Below are positions 12,001-27,264 of a DNA stretch of 64,000 nt, piece by piece; positions within the stretch are counted from its first letter, which is position 1; the number at the start of each line of letters is the position of its first letter. A program made the translations under genes and the position numbers. The notes beneath the pieces were generated by a model. That model did no database searches. It was not told the DNA's origin and saw only the letters and a program-made list of their open reading frames with translations. The DNA comes from an uncultured Gammaproteobacteria bacterium (GTDB lineage Bacteria; Pseudomonadota; Gammaproteobacteria; CAWCPV01), in assembly GCA_963797555.1 (NCBI GenBank), contig CAWCPV010000003.1, forward strand, positions 448,001 through 512,000, read 5' to 3'.

Positions 12001-13702
12001 GCAGGGCGCCAAGCCCGGAGAGGGCGGCGAGCTGCCGGGACGCAAGGTGGACGAGACCATCGCCCGCATCCGCTACGCGACGCCGGGCGTGGGCCTGATC
12101 AGCCCGCCCCCTCACCACGACATCTACTCCATCGAAGACCTGGCCCAGCTCATCCATGACCTGAAAAACGCCAACCCGTCCGCGCGGGTCAGCGTCAAGC
12201 TGGTCTCGGAGGTGGGCGTCGGTACCATCGCCGCGGGCGTGGCCAAGGCGCACGCCGACCACATTCTGATTTCGGGCGACGCGGGCGGAACCGGGGCCTC
12301 GCCGCTGACCAGCATCAAGCACGCCGGACTCCCCTGGGAGCTGGGAATCGCGGAAACGCACCAGACGCTGGTCCTGAACGACCTGCGCTCGCGCGTCGTG
12401 CTGCAGACCGACGGCGGATTGAAGACCGGACGCGATGTGGTGATGGCGGCGCTGCTCGGCGCCGAGGAGTTCGGGTTCTCCACCGCGCCCCTCATCACGC
12501 TCGGCTGCATTATGATGCGCAAGTGCCACCTCAACACCTGCCCGGTGGGGATCGCCACGCAGGACCCGGTGCTGCGCAGCAAGTTCATGGGTAAGCCCGA
12601 GCACGTGATCAACTACCTGTTCATGGTGGCCGAGGACGCCCGGAGGATCATGGCGGACCTGGGTTTCCGCACTTTCGACGACATGATCGGGCGGGTGGAT
12701 TGCCTCGACGTCCAGCACGCCGTCGACCACTGGAAGGCGGACGGGCTCGACCTCTCGGCCAGCCTAGCACCGGCGTGCAAGCCTCATCCTGGCGTCCAGG
12801 TGCGTTGCCTGATCAAGCAGGACCACGGACTCGATCGTGCCCTCGACCAACGGCTGCTCGCGGCAGCGGCTCCGGCCCTGGAGAGGGGCGAGCGCGTGGA
12901 GCTCGAGTTTCCGATCGTGAACACCCACCGCACGGTCGGCACTATCTTGAGCCACAACCTGGTGAAACGATGGGGCGAGAAGGGCTTGCCCGACGACTCC
13001 ATTCACATCCGGCTGCGCGGATCGGCCGGCCAGAGCTTCGGGGCGTTCCTCGCGGGCGGGATCACGCTCGAGCTGGAAGGCGACGCCAACGACTATGTCG
13101 GCAAGGGGCTGTCAGGAGGCCGGTTGGTCATCTACCCGCCGCGCGAGAGCACCTTCGTGCCCGAGCAGAACATCCTCGTCGGCAACGTCGTCCTTTACGG
13201 CGCCACCGGCGGGCGCGCCTTCTTCCGCGGCCGCGCGGCGGAGCGGTTCTGCGTGCGCAACAGCGGTGCCTGGGCAGTGATCGAAGGCGTCGGCGACCAC
13301 GCTTGCGAGTACATGACCGGCGGCCGCGCCGTCATCCTCGGACCCACCGGGCGCAACTTCGCGGCCGGCATGTCGGGCGGGGTGGCCTACGTCTGGGACG
13401 TGGACGGAGAATTCGAGAGCCGCTGCAACGTCGGAATGGTCGAGCTGGAACCCTTGCAGGAGAATGGAGACATGGCCGAGCTGCTGGAGATGATCGAGCA
13501 GCACCACGAACACACCGGCTCGACCGTGGCCCAGTGGATGCTCGACCGGTGGCCGCAGATCCTCTCGCAGTTCGTGAAGGTCATGCCCATCGACTACAAG
13601 CGGGTGCTGGCCGAGCGGACACGACACGATGAGGAGGCCGAGACCAGGCTCCACAGAGAGGCCGAGGTCCACACCCAGCCCAAGAGGGTGGCGGCCGGCT
13701 GA
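9065..13702 (+). CDS. gltB: Glutamate synthase large subunit
   Basis: CGVGF N-terminal nucleophile, [30 protein letters not shown] and [13 protein letters not shown] motifs; ~1545 aa. Confidence 0.97.
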   Translation: MSRESQPGFPSRYGLYDPAYEKDSCGVGFVAHIKGSRSHQIVLDADQVLRNMNHRGACGCEPNTGDGAGILTALPHQFLAKAARNDLRADLPAPGQFAAGLVFLPKDSEERAHCKHVVAEFVAQQGQRLVGWRKVPTQADVADIGPTARAAEPFIEQLFVAASAGPDGQPLSGDAFERRLYLIRKQASHRLRGDGRLNQAKAFYVCSLSTKVLIYKGMLTPDQLLPYFPDLADPDYTTHLAMVHSRFSTNTFPSWDRAQPNRFMSHNGEINTLRGNVNWMRAREGVAHSDAFGGELSKLFPVAEPDCSDSGTFDNVLEFLLMTGRTLQEAVMMMIPEAWQKHESMPENKRAFYEYHSCLMEPWDGPASIAFTDGQYIGAVLDRNGLRPSRYYLTHDDRVIMASEVGVLPLDPRLIKEKGRLQPGRMFLVDFAQGRLIPDQELKAEFSDRRPYGEWLNAGRIRLQDLRPQKEPHGFHPETLLARMQAFGYTTETMQFMLLPLAQEKRDPVGSMGNDSALACLSDKPRMLCDYFKQLFAQVTNPAIDSIREEIIMSLECYIGPERNLLETTPEHCQRLLVPHPILTNEDLAAIKHVDLPGWRTKTIDITFPRAAGAEGLTEALERICREAEQAIAEGYSIVILSDRGISAQRVPLSSLLACGAVHHHLVHQAKRTRLGLVLETGEAREVHHHCLLIGYGADAVNPYLAFEALWQARRDDLLDSQVFPNDSKVVWAYRDGVAKGLLKVMAKMGISTLQSYKGAQIFEAVGLRDEVIERCFVGTPSRVQGVDFKVLAEETLRRHALGFPDHPEDSMPALPNPGEFHWRADGERHAWDPQAIADIQVAARNNDAEAYWRFARHANDDARTRYTLRGLLKFKSGAAGAPLPLEAIEPASAIVKRFCTGAMSFGSISAEAHETLAIAMNRIGGKSNTGEGGEDPERFIRLPSGDSRRSAIKQVASGRFGVTIWYLTNADELQIKIAQGAKPGEGGELPGRKVDETIARIRYATPGVGLISPPPHHDIYSIEDLAQLIHDLKNANPSARVSVKLVSEVGVGTIAAGVAKAHADHILISGDAGGTGASPLTSIKHAGLPWELGIAETHQTLVLNDLRSRVVLQTDGGLKTGRDVVMAALLGAEEFGFSTAPLITLGCIMMRKCHLNTCPVGIATQDPVLRSKFMGKPEHVINYLFMVAEDARRIMADLGFRTFDDMIGRVDCLDVQHAVDHWKADGLDLSASLAPACKPHPGVQVRCLIKQDHGLDRALDQRLLAAAAPALERGERVELEFPIVNTHRTVGTILSHNLVKRWGEKGLPDDSIHIRLRGSAGQSFGAFLAGGITLELEGDANDYVGKGLSGGRLVIYPPRESTFVPEQNILVGNVVLYGATGGRAFFRGRAAERFCVRNSGAWAVIEGVGDHACEYMTGGRAVILGPTGRNFAAGMSGGVAYVWDVDGEFESRCNVGMVELEPLQENGDMAELLEMIEQHHEHTGSTVAQWMLDRWPQILSQFVKVMPIDYKRVLAERTRHDEEAETRLHREAEVHTQPKRVAAG

Positions 13703-13804
13703 GCAATCCCCCGCGGGCCCCGCCTTGCCACCGTCGGCGGAGCTTCTTGACTGGCCGGACGCGACCTCGCACACACCGTCCTGTTTGCAACGGAACCACT
13801 GACC

Positions 13805-15325
13805 ATGGGAAAGCCGACCGGCTTCAAGGAATTCCCGCGTAAGGCCGTGCCCTATCGAGCACCCTTGGACCGCGTCCAGGACTTCCGGGAGATCTATACC
13901 GAGGCGGACGAGGATCACCTGCGAACCCAGGGAGCGCGGTGCATGGATTGCGGCGTACCTTTCTGCCAGTCCGACACCGGCTGTCCCGTCGACAACCTGA
14001 TCCCGGAGTGGAACGACTTGGTCTTCCGGGGACGGTGGCGGGAGGCGCTGGACCGGCTGCACAAGACCAACAACTTCCCCGAGTTCACGGGCCGCACCTG
14101 CCCGGCGCCCTGCGAAGGCGCCTGCGTCCTCGGGATCATCGATCCGGCCGTCACCATCAAGAACATCGAAAACGCCATCGTCGACCGCGGCTTTGCGGAG
14201 GGCTGGATCAGGCCGCAGCCGCCGCGTCAGCGCACCGGCAAGCGGGTCGCGATCGTGGGCTCGGGTCCGGCCGGGCTGGCTGCCGCCGCCCAGCTCAACA
14301 AGGTCGGCCACCAGGTCACCGTCTATGAGCGCGCGGACCGGGTCGGCGGGCTGCTGATGTACGGCATCCCCAACATGAAGCTGGACAAGGGAGTGGTCGG
14401 GCGCCGGCTCGAAATCCTGGAGGCCGAGGGAGTCAGATTCGTCACCGAAGCGGACGTGGGCCGAACCATCGACCCCGGGCAGTTGCTGGAGGAGAACGAC
14501 GCCCTGCTGCTCGCGACCGGGGCCACGCGAGCCCGCGACCTGCTCGTCCCAGGGCGCGACCTCCAGGGTGTCCACGTGGCCATGGAGTTCCTGACCGCCA
14601 ATACCCGCAGCTTGCTGAATAGCGAGCTGCGCGACGGCACGTTCATCAGTGCGAAAGACGAGGATGTCATCGTCATCGGTGGCGGGGACACCGGCACCGA
14701 CTGCATCGGCACTTCGCTGCGCCACGGCTGTGCCAGCCTGGTGAACTTCGAGCTGCTGCCCGAGCCGCCCGCAAGCCGCGCCCCCGACAATCCGTGGCCG
14801 CAATGGCCGAAGATCTTCCGCGTGGACTACGGCCACGAGGAGGCGCGCGCGAAATTCCAGAAGGACCCGCGCGAGTACTGCGTGCTCACCAAGGAGTTCA
14901 TCGGCGACTCGAACGGCCGGGTCATCGGCGTGCGCAGCATCCAGGTCGACTGGACCCAAGAGAACGGGCGCTGGAAGCTGAGCGAGGTCCCGGGCAGCGA
15001 GCGCACGTGGGAAGCGAGCCTGGTGCTGCTCGCCATGGGGTTCGTCGGCGCCGAGCATTACGTGTCGGAGCCCCTGGGCATCGAAGTGGACCGCGATCCC
15101 CACAAGACCCCGACCACTTACCGGGCGCAGTACGGCAGGTTCGCGACCAGCGTCCCTGGCGTGTTCGCAGCCGGCGACTGCCGCCGCGGTCAGTCCCTGG
15201 TGGTGTGGGCGATCGCCGAAGGACGCGGTGCCGCCCGCGCCATCGACATCTACCTGCAGGGCCGCAGCACCCTGCCTGCCCCCGGAATCACCCAGGGGTC
15301 GGCTCTCGCGGAGGCCGTATTATAA
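13805..15325 (+). CDS. gltD: Glutamate synthase small subunit
   Basis: [38 protein letters not shown] and [14 protein letters not shown] motifs. Confidence 0.97.
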   Translation: MGKPTGFKEFPRKAVPYRAPLDRVQDFREIYTEADEDHLRTQGARCMDCGVPFCQSDTGCPVDNLIPEWNDLVFRGRWREALDRLHKTNNFPEFTGRTCPAPCEGACVLGIIDPAVTIKNIENAIVDRGFAEGWIRPQPPRQRTGKRVAIVGSGPAGLAAAAQLNKVGHQVTVYERADRVGGLLMYGIPNMKLDKGVVGRRLEILEAEGVRFVTEADVGRTIDPGQLLEENDALLLATGATRARDLLVPGRDLQGVHVAMEFLTANTRSLLNSELRDGTFISAKDEDVIVIGGGDTGTDCIGTSLRHGCASLVNFELLPEPPASRAPDNPWPQWPKIFRVDYGHEEARAKFQKDPREYCVLTKEFIGDSNGRVIGVRSIQVDWTQENGRWKLSEVPGSERTWEASLVLLAMGFVGAEHYVSEPLGIEVDRDPHKTPTTYRAQYGRFATSVPGVFAAGDCRRGQSLVVWAIAEGRGAARAIDIYLQGRSTLPAPGITQGSALAEAVL

Positions 15326-15646
15326 AGTCCGATGGGCGGCGCCCGAAGACCGGCATGTCGGCAGGCGTAGCCCGAAGGGAGGCTGAACAGGCGGGCGGGC
15401 GTACGCGAGAGGTTCCGCCGCTCGCCCATTTCCGGCCCACCCGGTGCCCGCGCCTTCCGCGCCGTCGGCACGACGGGTGGCTGCTCGATTAGGATAGGGC
15501 TGGTCGGGAGGACACCTCCCGCGAGTCCAAGCCATATGGATCTGGCCGCGACCCTCATGGGGCTGCTGCGGGAAACGCTGTTAGAAACGCTCTGCCGTGG
15601 GTCTCCCCGGGAAACCCTCTACTGACGAGGCGTCCACATTCAGACG

Positions 15647-16411
15647 CTAACCGCTGGCGGGACGGTTTTCCCCGGCACGGTGCGGCGGGCCGAGGCGCAG
15701 GAGCTTCTTTAGCTGAGCGACCATGCTCTCCTTCGGGACCTCGAAACCCGACCCTTGCATGGTGTGCAGAATGCTGCCGACGGCGGATTCTAGGGGGACG
15801 CGGTCGGTATTCAGTATGAGGTCATAGGCTTCGGGCTCGTTCAGGTCCCGTCCGCAAAGCTGTTTGCAGAAGGCCGCATGGTCCTCGCGGGCCTGCAGGA
15901 CCTGCTGGCGGGCCTCGTCCACGGGAATCCGCTCGCGCTCGGCAAGGCGCCCCGCGCACACGTCTGGAGACCCGACGATACGCACTCGAAATGCCTTATG
16001 ATTGGCCAGAATGAAAGGCGCCGCATTCCGCCCCACAATCACTCCGCTCTTGCGGCCGATGTTGAGGACGACATTGATGAGCTGGCGGCGATATTCATCG
16101 AGCGCACTCTGGCCGAAGATGATCTGGCGCATGACTTCGTCTCGGGTATGGCTCACCTGCTTGTCCAGACGTTCCATGAGAATCCGGTCTTGCGGCACCG
16201 CTTCGATGATCGCATCCAGGATTTCCTTATCGTAGTATTCCACGCCAAGGCGCGCGGCAAGGCGGCGCCCGACCTCCCGGCCACCGCTTCCCCGATCATG
16301 GGCCAAGGTCACCACGTTCCCCCTTGGGATGTAACGGCTTCTCTCCCAGCGCTCGGCGGTGAGCTCCGCTTCCACCAGGGCGTTTATCATTCGACCAGCG
16401 TCTATAGTCAC
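15647..16411 (-). CDS. Cytidylate kinase-like family protein
   Basis: VVTLAHDRGSGGREVGRRLAARLG, VIVGR and YDLILNT motifs. Confidence 0.8.
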   Translation of the reverse strand: MTIDAGRMINALVEAELTAERWERSRYIPRGNVVTLAHDRGSGGREVGRRLAARLGVEYYDKEILDAIIEAVPQDRILMERLDKQVSHTRDEVMRQIIFGQSALDEYRRQLINVVLNIGRKSGVIVGRNAAPFILANHKAFRVRIVGSPDVCAGRLAERERIPVDEARQQVLQAREDHAAFCKQLCGRDLNEPEAYDLILNTDRVPLESAVGSILHTMQGSGFEVPKESMVAQLKKLLRLGPPHRAGENRPASG

Positions 16412-17082
16412 AATCGCTCACTCCTCTCTCTAAGGTTGTGCTCGCGCGGCTAATATCTGATTGGCAGCGCCGGTCCTGAGCCTGTCTCGACGATTTATCG
16501 TCGCGAGGGTCCCGGCCGGCGGTGGTCAGGCAAGCTGTCGAGCCCGGCGGGAATGCTCCCGGGCGGCATGACGCGAGCCTGGGCGAAGCCGTCCCGGCCG
16601 AAAGGTCGGATGCGCGCTGCAAGCTTCGCGGTAACCGGCCCGCCCCGTTCCGAGCCTGATCGCGCCGCTGGGGCTACTCGCGCGGACCCCAGTCCTCGAC
16701 GGCTGGCGTGCGCCCCCACGGAGGCGAGCGGCCCACACTCGCCGGCCCCATCGCAGCGCACTCTAGTGGGAGCTGTCGCGGCGAGCGCTCTGCCAGCGGC
16801 GGTCCGTGCCGATGTCCCTCCCTCCCCCGCGGCCCCTTTACGCGGGTCTTGGGGAACCCGGCGCAGCATACCGCGGGATAGGCAGTGGGTCGAGACGCGT
16901 GGCAGGCGGTGAGCGGACCATCTCGGCTCCCGGCCAGCAGACGATCTGCACGTCCGCCATCAGATGGCCTACAATGCCGGCAAATAACAAGTCGCGACAG
17001 AGCATTACGCGGCTCGCCCGACCTAACGGCAATGAGCCGGCGGTGCAGATTCATTGGACCCGCACCGCCGCGGCGCTGCCAC

Positions 17083-17190
17083 ATGGCGTCTTCGGCGACA
17101 ACGATCCTGCAGGATCTGGAACGTTCGGCATGGCACAGGGTGGTCATCGACGAGGCCCATCAATGTGTGCGCAGGAACGCGGTCGAATAA
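17083..17190 (+). pseudogene. Short superfamily-2 helicase remnant (DEAH box)
   Basis: ...LERSAWHRVVIDEAHQC..., ending just before brxF. No other helicase motifs are nearby. Confidence 0.4.
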
Positions 17191-17214
17191 GCCGCGCTCG
17201 GGAGGGGATCACTG

Positions 17215-21541
<4,327 letters not shown>

Positions 21542-21545
21542 TCCC

Positions 21546-22034
21546 ATGGCAGCCAGGTTCTCGGACCACGAAATCGTCCAGATGCTTCGAGAGCGGAAGC
21601 ACTTGCCGGGGGATTACCAGGCGAAGCTACACTTGCGGGAAAAGCGTGGCCATAAGGAACGTGAGCTTGACTTGGAGGGAGAACAGGGGAGCCAGTACCG
21701 GCTGATATTGCGCCAGAGCAATTTCAACTTGCTGGATTTTTCCATCATCCTCGCCTATAGCCCACCGGCTTCGACCCAATTGTTCCGCCTTCGCCGCTAC
21801 AACGGGAAGAGCCACGAACACACCAACCACATCGAGACCACCACGTTCTACGATTTCCACATCCATCAGGCGACCGAGAGATACCAGGCGATCGGTACAC
21901 GCGAGGATGCTTACGCGGAGGCCACCGATCGTTACAGCGACTTCCGCTCGGCGCTTCGATGTCTGTTGGAAGACTGCGGGTTTGAGCATCCCGAGGGTGC
22001 CCAGAAGTCCCTGTTCGGGGAGTTCGATCTATGA
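21546..22034 (+). CDS. Hypothetical protein with His-rich motif (possibly DUF6978-like)
   Basis: Clean 162-aa ORF with [14 protein letters not shown]...FHIH. ATGA overlap with the next gene. Confidence 0.7.
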   Translation: MAARFSDHEIVQMLRERKHLPGDYQAKLHLREKRGHKERELDLEGEQGSQYRLILRQSNFNLLDFSIILAYSPPASTQLFRLRRYNGKSHEHTNHIETTTFYDFHIHQATERYQAIGTREDAYAEATDRYSDFRSALRCLLEDCGFEHPEGAQKSLFGEFDL

Positions 22035-22840
22035 CCATCCAAGCTATTGAACAGGATTTTCGAACGAAGGTCTGCTCCAAGATCCGGCTTGCCGAGGAAG
22101 GTGTCGAACGCTTCCGGGTGTTTACCCCTTTCCTTTTCGAGGACGGGGACCACCTTGCCATCGTCATGAAGCGGGAACCGACCGGTTGGGTGCTGTCCGA
22201 CGAAGGACATACCTATATGCACCTCACCTACGATCTGGACGAGAAAGACCTCCAGCGGGGCACCCGGCAGAAATTGATTGCTGGTGCGTTATCGGTCTTC
22301 CATGTGGAGGACCGGGAGGGGGAGCTGGTCCTGCGTGTCCCGGAGGAGCATTTCGGCGACGCCCTCTATTCCTTTGTCCAGGCGCTGCTCAAGGTCACCG
22401 ACGTTTCCTTCCTCTCGCGGGAACGGGTGCGGTCCACGTTCATGGAGGACTTCCGTGAGATGGTGGAGTCCGCCGTCCCAGAGGATCGGCGGACCTTCGA
22501 CTGGCGCCATCCGCAGCACGACCCCCACGGGATGTACATCGTGGACTGCCGGGTCAACGGCATGACCAGGCCGCTGTTCGTCTATGCCCTCCCGAACGAC
22601 GACCGCGTCAGGGACGCCACCATCGGGCTGCTGCAGTTCGAGAAGTGGGGTGTTTCCCATCGATCCCTGGGGATCTTCGAAGAGCAGGAGTCCATCAACC
22701 GGAAGGTGCTGGCGCGCTTCAGCGATGTGTGCGAGAAACAGTTCTCCAGCCTGGGCGCAAACCGAGAGCGGATCACTCGATACCTGGAAGAGACCACGCA
22801 GGAGGTGGACGCTGAGCAGACCAATGGGCGTGACCATTGA
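22031..22840 (+). CDS. DUF1828 domain protein
   Basis: N-terminal [13 protein letters not shown]...WVLSDEGHT is typical of DUF1828. The C-terminal GMYIVDC region may be restriction-endonuclease-like. Confidence 0.75.
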   Translation: MTIQAIEQDFRTKVCSKIRLAEEGVERFRVFTPFLFEDGDHLAIVMKREPTGWVLSDEGHTYMHLTYDLDEKDLQRGTRQKLIAGALSVFHVEDREGELVLRVPEEHFGDALYSFVQALLKVTDVSFLSRERVRSTFMEDFREMVESAVPEDRRTFDWRHPQHDPHGMYIVDCRVNGMTRPLFVYALPNDDRVRDATIGLLQFEKWGVSHRSLGIFEEQESINRKVLARFSDVCEKQFSSLGANRERITRYLEETTQEVDAEQTNGRDH

Positions 22841-22980
22841 ACGAACAGGCTTGGGGACCTGGCACCTCCAATTCCTTGCGGGCCATCGATCGCCTTCGGC
22901 CGACCCTCCAATTGTTCCCGAACAGGCTTACCACGGGCGTGCTAGCATATCGATACCAAAACGGTATACAGGAGTTGCCT

Positions 22981-23292
22981 ATGGCTTCCGTGCTGATAAA
23001 GAACCTGCCTGACGATCTCCACCGCGCGTTGAAGCAGCGAGCCGAGCGCCACCATCGCAGCCTGAACAAGGAAATCATCGCGCTGATCGAGTCGGCCCTG
23101 ACCGGCCAGGCGGGAAAGGAGCCACCGCAGCCCGCCGGGCTGCGTAGGCCCCTTGCGCAAGAGGTGCTGGATGAGGCCCGGCAGAAAAAGGCGGCGCGCG
23201 TCCTTGCGCTGCGCGGAAAGTACCGGAACTCCGTTTCGTCGAGTGAGGAGTTCGCCGCGCGCAAGGCAGCCGAGATCGAGCTGGAACGCTAA
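22981..23292 (+). CDS. Arc/FitA-like ribbon-helix-helix antitoxin
   Basis: MASVLIKNLPDDLHRALKQRAERHHRSLNKEII. CAGGAG RBS upstream; precedes a PIN gene. Confidence 0.85.
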   Translation: MASVLIKNLPDDLHRALKQRAERHHRSLNKEIIALIESALTGQAGKEPPQPAGLRRPLAQEVLDEARQKKAARVLALRGKYRNSVSSSEEFAARKAAEIELER

Positions 23293-23350
23293 CCGGTCAT
23301 GGCGATTGTCGCCACCCCAGATTATGAAGGCACTTGCGCCATGACCGGTT

Positions 23351-23385
23351 CCCTCACCCCTCCCTCTCCCGCAGGCGGGCGAGGG
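23351..23385 (+). repeat. CCCTCACCCC-type REP-like palindrome
   Basis: CCCTCACCCCT-CCCTCTCCCGC-AG-GCGGGCGAGGG imperfect hairpin between antitoxin and toxin. Confidence 0.55.
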
Positions 23386-23423
23386 CGAGGCGGAGCGCCT
23401 GCGGCGCCTCTTCAGACGAACGC

Positions 23424-23822
23424 ATGAGCTACGTCCTGGATGCGTGCGCTCTCATTGTCTTCCTTCGCGGGGAGGCGGGATCGGAGATTGTCGAAAAACG
23501 CTTGATCGAGGGGACCTGCTACGCGCACGCAGTCAACCTGTGCGAGGTCTACTACGACTGCATCCGCGTCGGGGGAGAGGCCCAGGCCGAAGCGCTGGTC
23601 CGCGAGCTGCTGGATGCGGGTCTGAGCAGCCGTACCGATATCGACGAGGACTTCTGGAAGGACGTCGGGCGGACCAAGGCCGGCGTTGGGCGGATCTCGC
23701 TTGCGGACTGTTTCGCGATCGCCCTGGCGAGGCGGCTGGGCGTGCCCGTACTGACCTCCGATCACCACGAATTCGACGGCATCCTGGCCCAGGGAATCTG
23801 CGCCGTGGAGTTCATTCGGTGA
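23424..23822 (+). CDS. PIN-domain (VapC-like) toxin
   Basis: YVLDACAL, NLCEVYY, ISLADCFAIALA and LTSDHHEF acidic PIN motifs. Confidence 0.9.
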   Translation: MSYVLDACALIVFLRGEAGSEIVEKRLIEGTCYAHAVNLCEVYYDCIRVGGEAQAEALVRELLDAGLSSRTDIDEDFWKDVGRTKAGVGRISLADCFAIALARRLGVPVLTSDHHEFDGILAQGICAVEFIR

Positions 23823-26800
23823 CCGATCGACAGGCAGGCTTGCTCGAGTCGGAGGAAGCAAACAGCGGCGGGCCCCTGACCTGCCTGGGGCTAACCTTCC
23901 CGAACGACGGGGAGCGCCGAAAGCACTTCCTCGGCATTCTGCGCGAGAAGCTGAAGGACCCCGAGTTCCGCAAGATCGAGGGTTTCCCCATCGGCTCGGA
24001 CGAGGACATCCTGCGCCTCTCCGACCCGCCCTATTACACCGCCTGCCCCAACCCTTGGCTCACCGACTTCGTGGCCCATTACGGCCGGCCCTACGACGCG
24101 GCCGAGCCTTACCGCCGCGAGCCCTTCGCCGTGGACGTGAGCGTGGGCAAAACCGACCCGCTCTACAAGGCCCACGGCTACCACACCAAGGTGCCCGCAC
24201 CTCGCCATCGTCCCCTCCATCCTCCACTACACGCGCCCCGGGGACATCGTGCTGGACGGCTTCGCCGGCTCCGGCATGACCGCGGTCGCCGCCCAGTGGT
24301 GCGGCGCCGCCCCGGCCGCGTACCGTTACGAGCTGGAAGCCGAATGGAAGAAGGCCGGACGAGAAAGGCCCCAATGGGGCGCCCGCCGCGCCATCGTCGG
24401 TGACCTCTCGCCCGCTGCCACCTTCATCGCCGCCGGCTACAACCTGCCCTTCGACGTGACGGCCTTCGAGAAGGCTGCGAAACGCCTCCTCGGGGAGGTG
24501 GAGAACGAGATCGGGTGGATGTACAAGACCCTGCATGTGGAGCCTGCTTCCAGCAGGCTCATCCAGCAAACGGGTTTTCAAAAGCCCACTGGAATCGAGC
24601 CGGCTGCAAGCGGGCTCTCAGGCAGGCGGACCGAAGGGATTTCGGAATTCACCGCCCGCCGTGACAACCTCCCACACTGGCAAAGTCCTGGCGCCTTCTA
24701 TTTCCTGACCTTCAACACCAGTCAACACCGTGAATTGTCTCCGGGCGCGCGGGATATCGTGGCTGCAGCCCTGCGACACTGGCACGGGGAGCGGTTGCAG
24801 CTTATCGCCGCGGTCGTCATGCCGGACCACGTTCATGCGTTGATCCAACCGCTCGAAAAACTACCCGGCGTATGGTGGGACCTGGCCGAGCTACTTCACA
24901 GCATCAAGAGTTATTCCGCCAACGAGATCAACAAGCTGGACGACCGTCGGGGCGAGCCTGTGTGGCAGACTGAGAGCTATGACCGGATCGTCCGTGACGA
25001 ACGCGAATACGGCTTCGTGCTGCAATACATCGCCTGGAACCCGATCCGGCAGGGCTTGTGCGACGCTCCGGAGGAGTACCGGTGGTGGATCCAGGGGGAG
25101 GGGTTGAGAAAGGCCGGCTGGAAGCCGGCCCACCGGGCAGGATCAACTACACCGTCTGGAGCGAGGTATTCACCTGTCCCGAGTGCTCGGGCGAGGTGGT
25201 GTTCCTGGAGCAGGCGCTGGACCCGCAGACCAAGCGGGTGAAGGAGGCATTTCCCTGTCCCCATTGCGGGGCGGGACTACCAAGAAGCCGCATGGAGCGG
25301 TTTTACGAGTCCAGGTACGACGCCGCCACCGGTCGACCCGCCGCGTACCCAAGCGCGTGCCCGTGCTCATCAACTACAAGGTGGGTAAGCACGTATTCGA
25401 GAAGGCGCCGGACGCCCATGATTTTGAGATCATCCGCCGCATCGAGGCAGTGCCCCTGCCGCTCGAAGTGCCCACCGACGAGATCCCCCATATGCACATG
25501 ACGCATGAGCGGGCCCGCATGGATCCCGCGGGCGTCACCCACCTCCACCAGTTCTTCCTCCCCCGCCAGGCCCAAGCCCTGGGACTGCTGTGGCGCAAGG
25601 CGCAGGCGGAGGCCGATCCGACGTTGCGGCGGATGCTGCTATTCCTCGTTGAGCAGGCGATCTGCGGGATGTCGGTGCTAAACCGATATGGCCACGCAAG
25701 TTCTCCCAGGTCAACCAGTACCTCCCCGGCGTCTACTACATTCCTCCCAGATCTGCGAGGTCTCGCCCTGGTACGCCTGGACGGCAAGGCCAGCCGTCTC
25801 GGGACGGTTTTCCGGAAGTGGGGCCGGCTTCCAGCCGGCTGAGCCGACAGGATGGTGACTACACATGCGTCACCACTGGCACCGCAGCCGCGCTTGGCAT
25901 CCCGGACAACAGCATCGACTATATCTTCACCGACCCGCCCTTCGGCGAGAACATCTATTACGCCGACTTGAACTTTCTGGTGGAATCCTGGCATCGGGTA
26001 CGCACCGACGCCGAGCCGGAGGCCATCGTGGACCAGGCCAAGAAGAAGGGCCTGCCCGAGTACCAGCATCTGATGCAGCAGTGCTTCGTCGAGTATTGCC
26101 GGGTGCTCAAGCCCGGCCGCTGGATGACGGTGGTCTTTCACAACTCCAGGAACGCGGTCTGGAACGCCATCCAGGAGGCCATGCAGGCGGCGGGCTTCGT
26201 GGTGGCGGACGTGCGCACCCTGGACAAGCAGCAGGGCTCTTACCGCCAGGTGACCAGCACCGCGGTCAAGCAGGACCTGGTCATTTCCGCCTACAAGCCC
26301 AACGGCGGTCTGGAGCAACGCTTCCAGCTCGCCGGCGGCACCGAGGAAGGGGTCTGGGATTTCGTGCGCGCCCACCTCGGGCAACTGCCCGTGTTCGTGG
26401 CGCGCGAGGGCCGCGCCGAGACCATCGCCGAGCGCCAGCCCTACTTCCTCTATGACCGCATGGTCGCCTTCCACGTCCAGCGGGGCATGACCGTGCCGCT
26501 CTCCGCAGCCGAGTTCTACCGGGGGCTGCAGACCCGCTTCATCCCGAGAGACGGCATGGTCTTCCTCCCAGACCAGGCATCCGAATACGACAGGAAGCGC
26601 CTGACCGTCCGGGAGGTGGCGCAGCTCGAAATCGCCGTCTCCGATGAAGCTTCCGCCGTCGGATGGCTGCGTCAGGAACTCTCCAGGAAGCCGCAGACCT
26701 TCCAGCAGCTTCAGCCGCGTTTCATGGAGACCACTCGCGCCGGCTGGCAGAAGCACGAGAAGCCCCTGGAGCTCATGGAGCTGCTGGGGCAGAACTTCCT

Positions 26801-27263
26801 GCACTACGACGGCACGAACCCTATCCCCGCCCAGCTCGTGTCTTGGATGAGACAGAGCGAACCCCTGCGCAAGCTCATCGAGGAAGCCGTCGCGTCCGGC
26901 GATGCCGAGCTGGACAATGGGCAACTGCGCTTCTGTGACGAACGGAAAACGCCGAGCGCCGAACTCAGAACACGCGCCAAAGCGCGCTGGTATGTCCCGG
27001 ACCCGAATAAGGCCGGCGACCTCGAGAAGCTGCGCGACCGTGCGCTCCTCAAGGACTTCGAGGAGTATCGGACCTCCAGCCAGAAGCGCCTGAAGGTCAT
27101 CCGCATCGAGGCCGTCCGCGCCGGATTCAAGAAGGCGTGGCAGGAGCGCGATTACGCCACTATCATCACCGTGGCCCGCAAGATTCCCGAAAATGTCCTC
27201 CAGGAAGACCCGAAGCTCCTCATGTGGTGCGACCAAGCGTTGACCAGAACAGGAGGTCACTGA
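23819..27263 (+). CDS. pglXI: BREX type III DNA methyltransferase PglXI with an inserted RAYT-like domain (several frameshifts)
   Basis: LSDPPYYTACPNPW, YHTKVP, SAM motif VLDGFAGSGMT, zinc ribbon CPEC...CPHC, catalytic YIFTDPPF, RVLKPGRW and C-terminal WYVPDPNKAGDLEKLR. GTG start overlaps the vapC stop. Confidence 0.88.
24537..25133 (+). mobile_element. REP-flanked RAYT-like (HUH/Y1 tyrosine transposase) cassette inside pglXI
   Basis: Encodes RRDNLPHW, FYFLTF, HUH motif VMPDHVHAL, IKSYSA, VWQTESYDRIVR and YIAWNP. Bounded by inverted REPs GTGGAGCCTGCTTCCAGCAGGCTC (24537-24560) and GGCCGGCTGGAAGCCGGCCCAC (25112-25133), with a degenerate copy at 24597-24617. Confidence 0.88.
25818..25840 (+). 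repeat. Solitary REP copy within pglXI
   Basis: GTGGGGCCGGCTTCCAGCCGGCT, the same family as the cassette ends. Confidence 0.8.
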
Positions 27264-27264
27264 C

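Noticed and set aside
15503-15522. Small hairpin CGGGAGG-ACA-CCTCCCG between gltD and the kinase-like gene
   Set aside because: A single short hairpin with no U-tract and no second copy; insufficient to call a terminator or REP.
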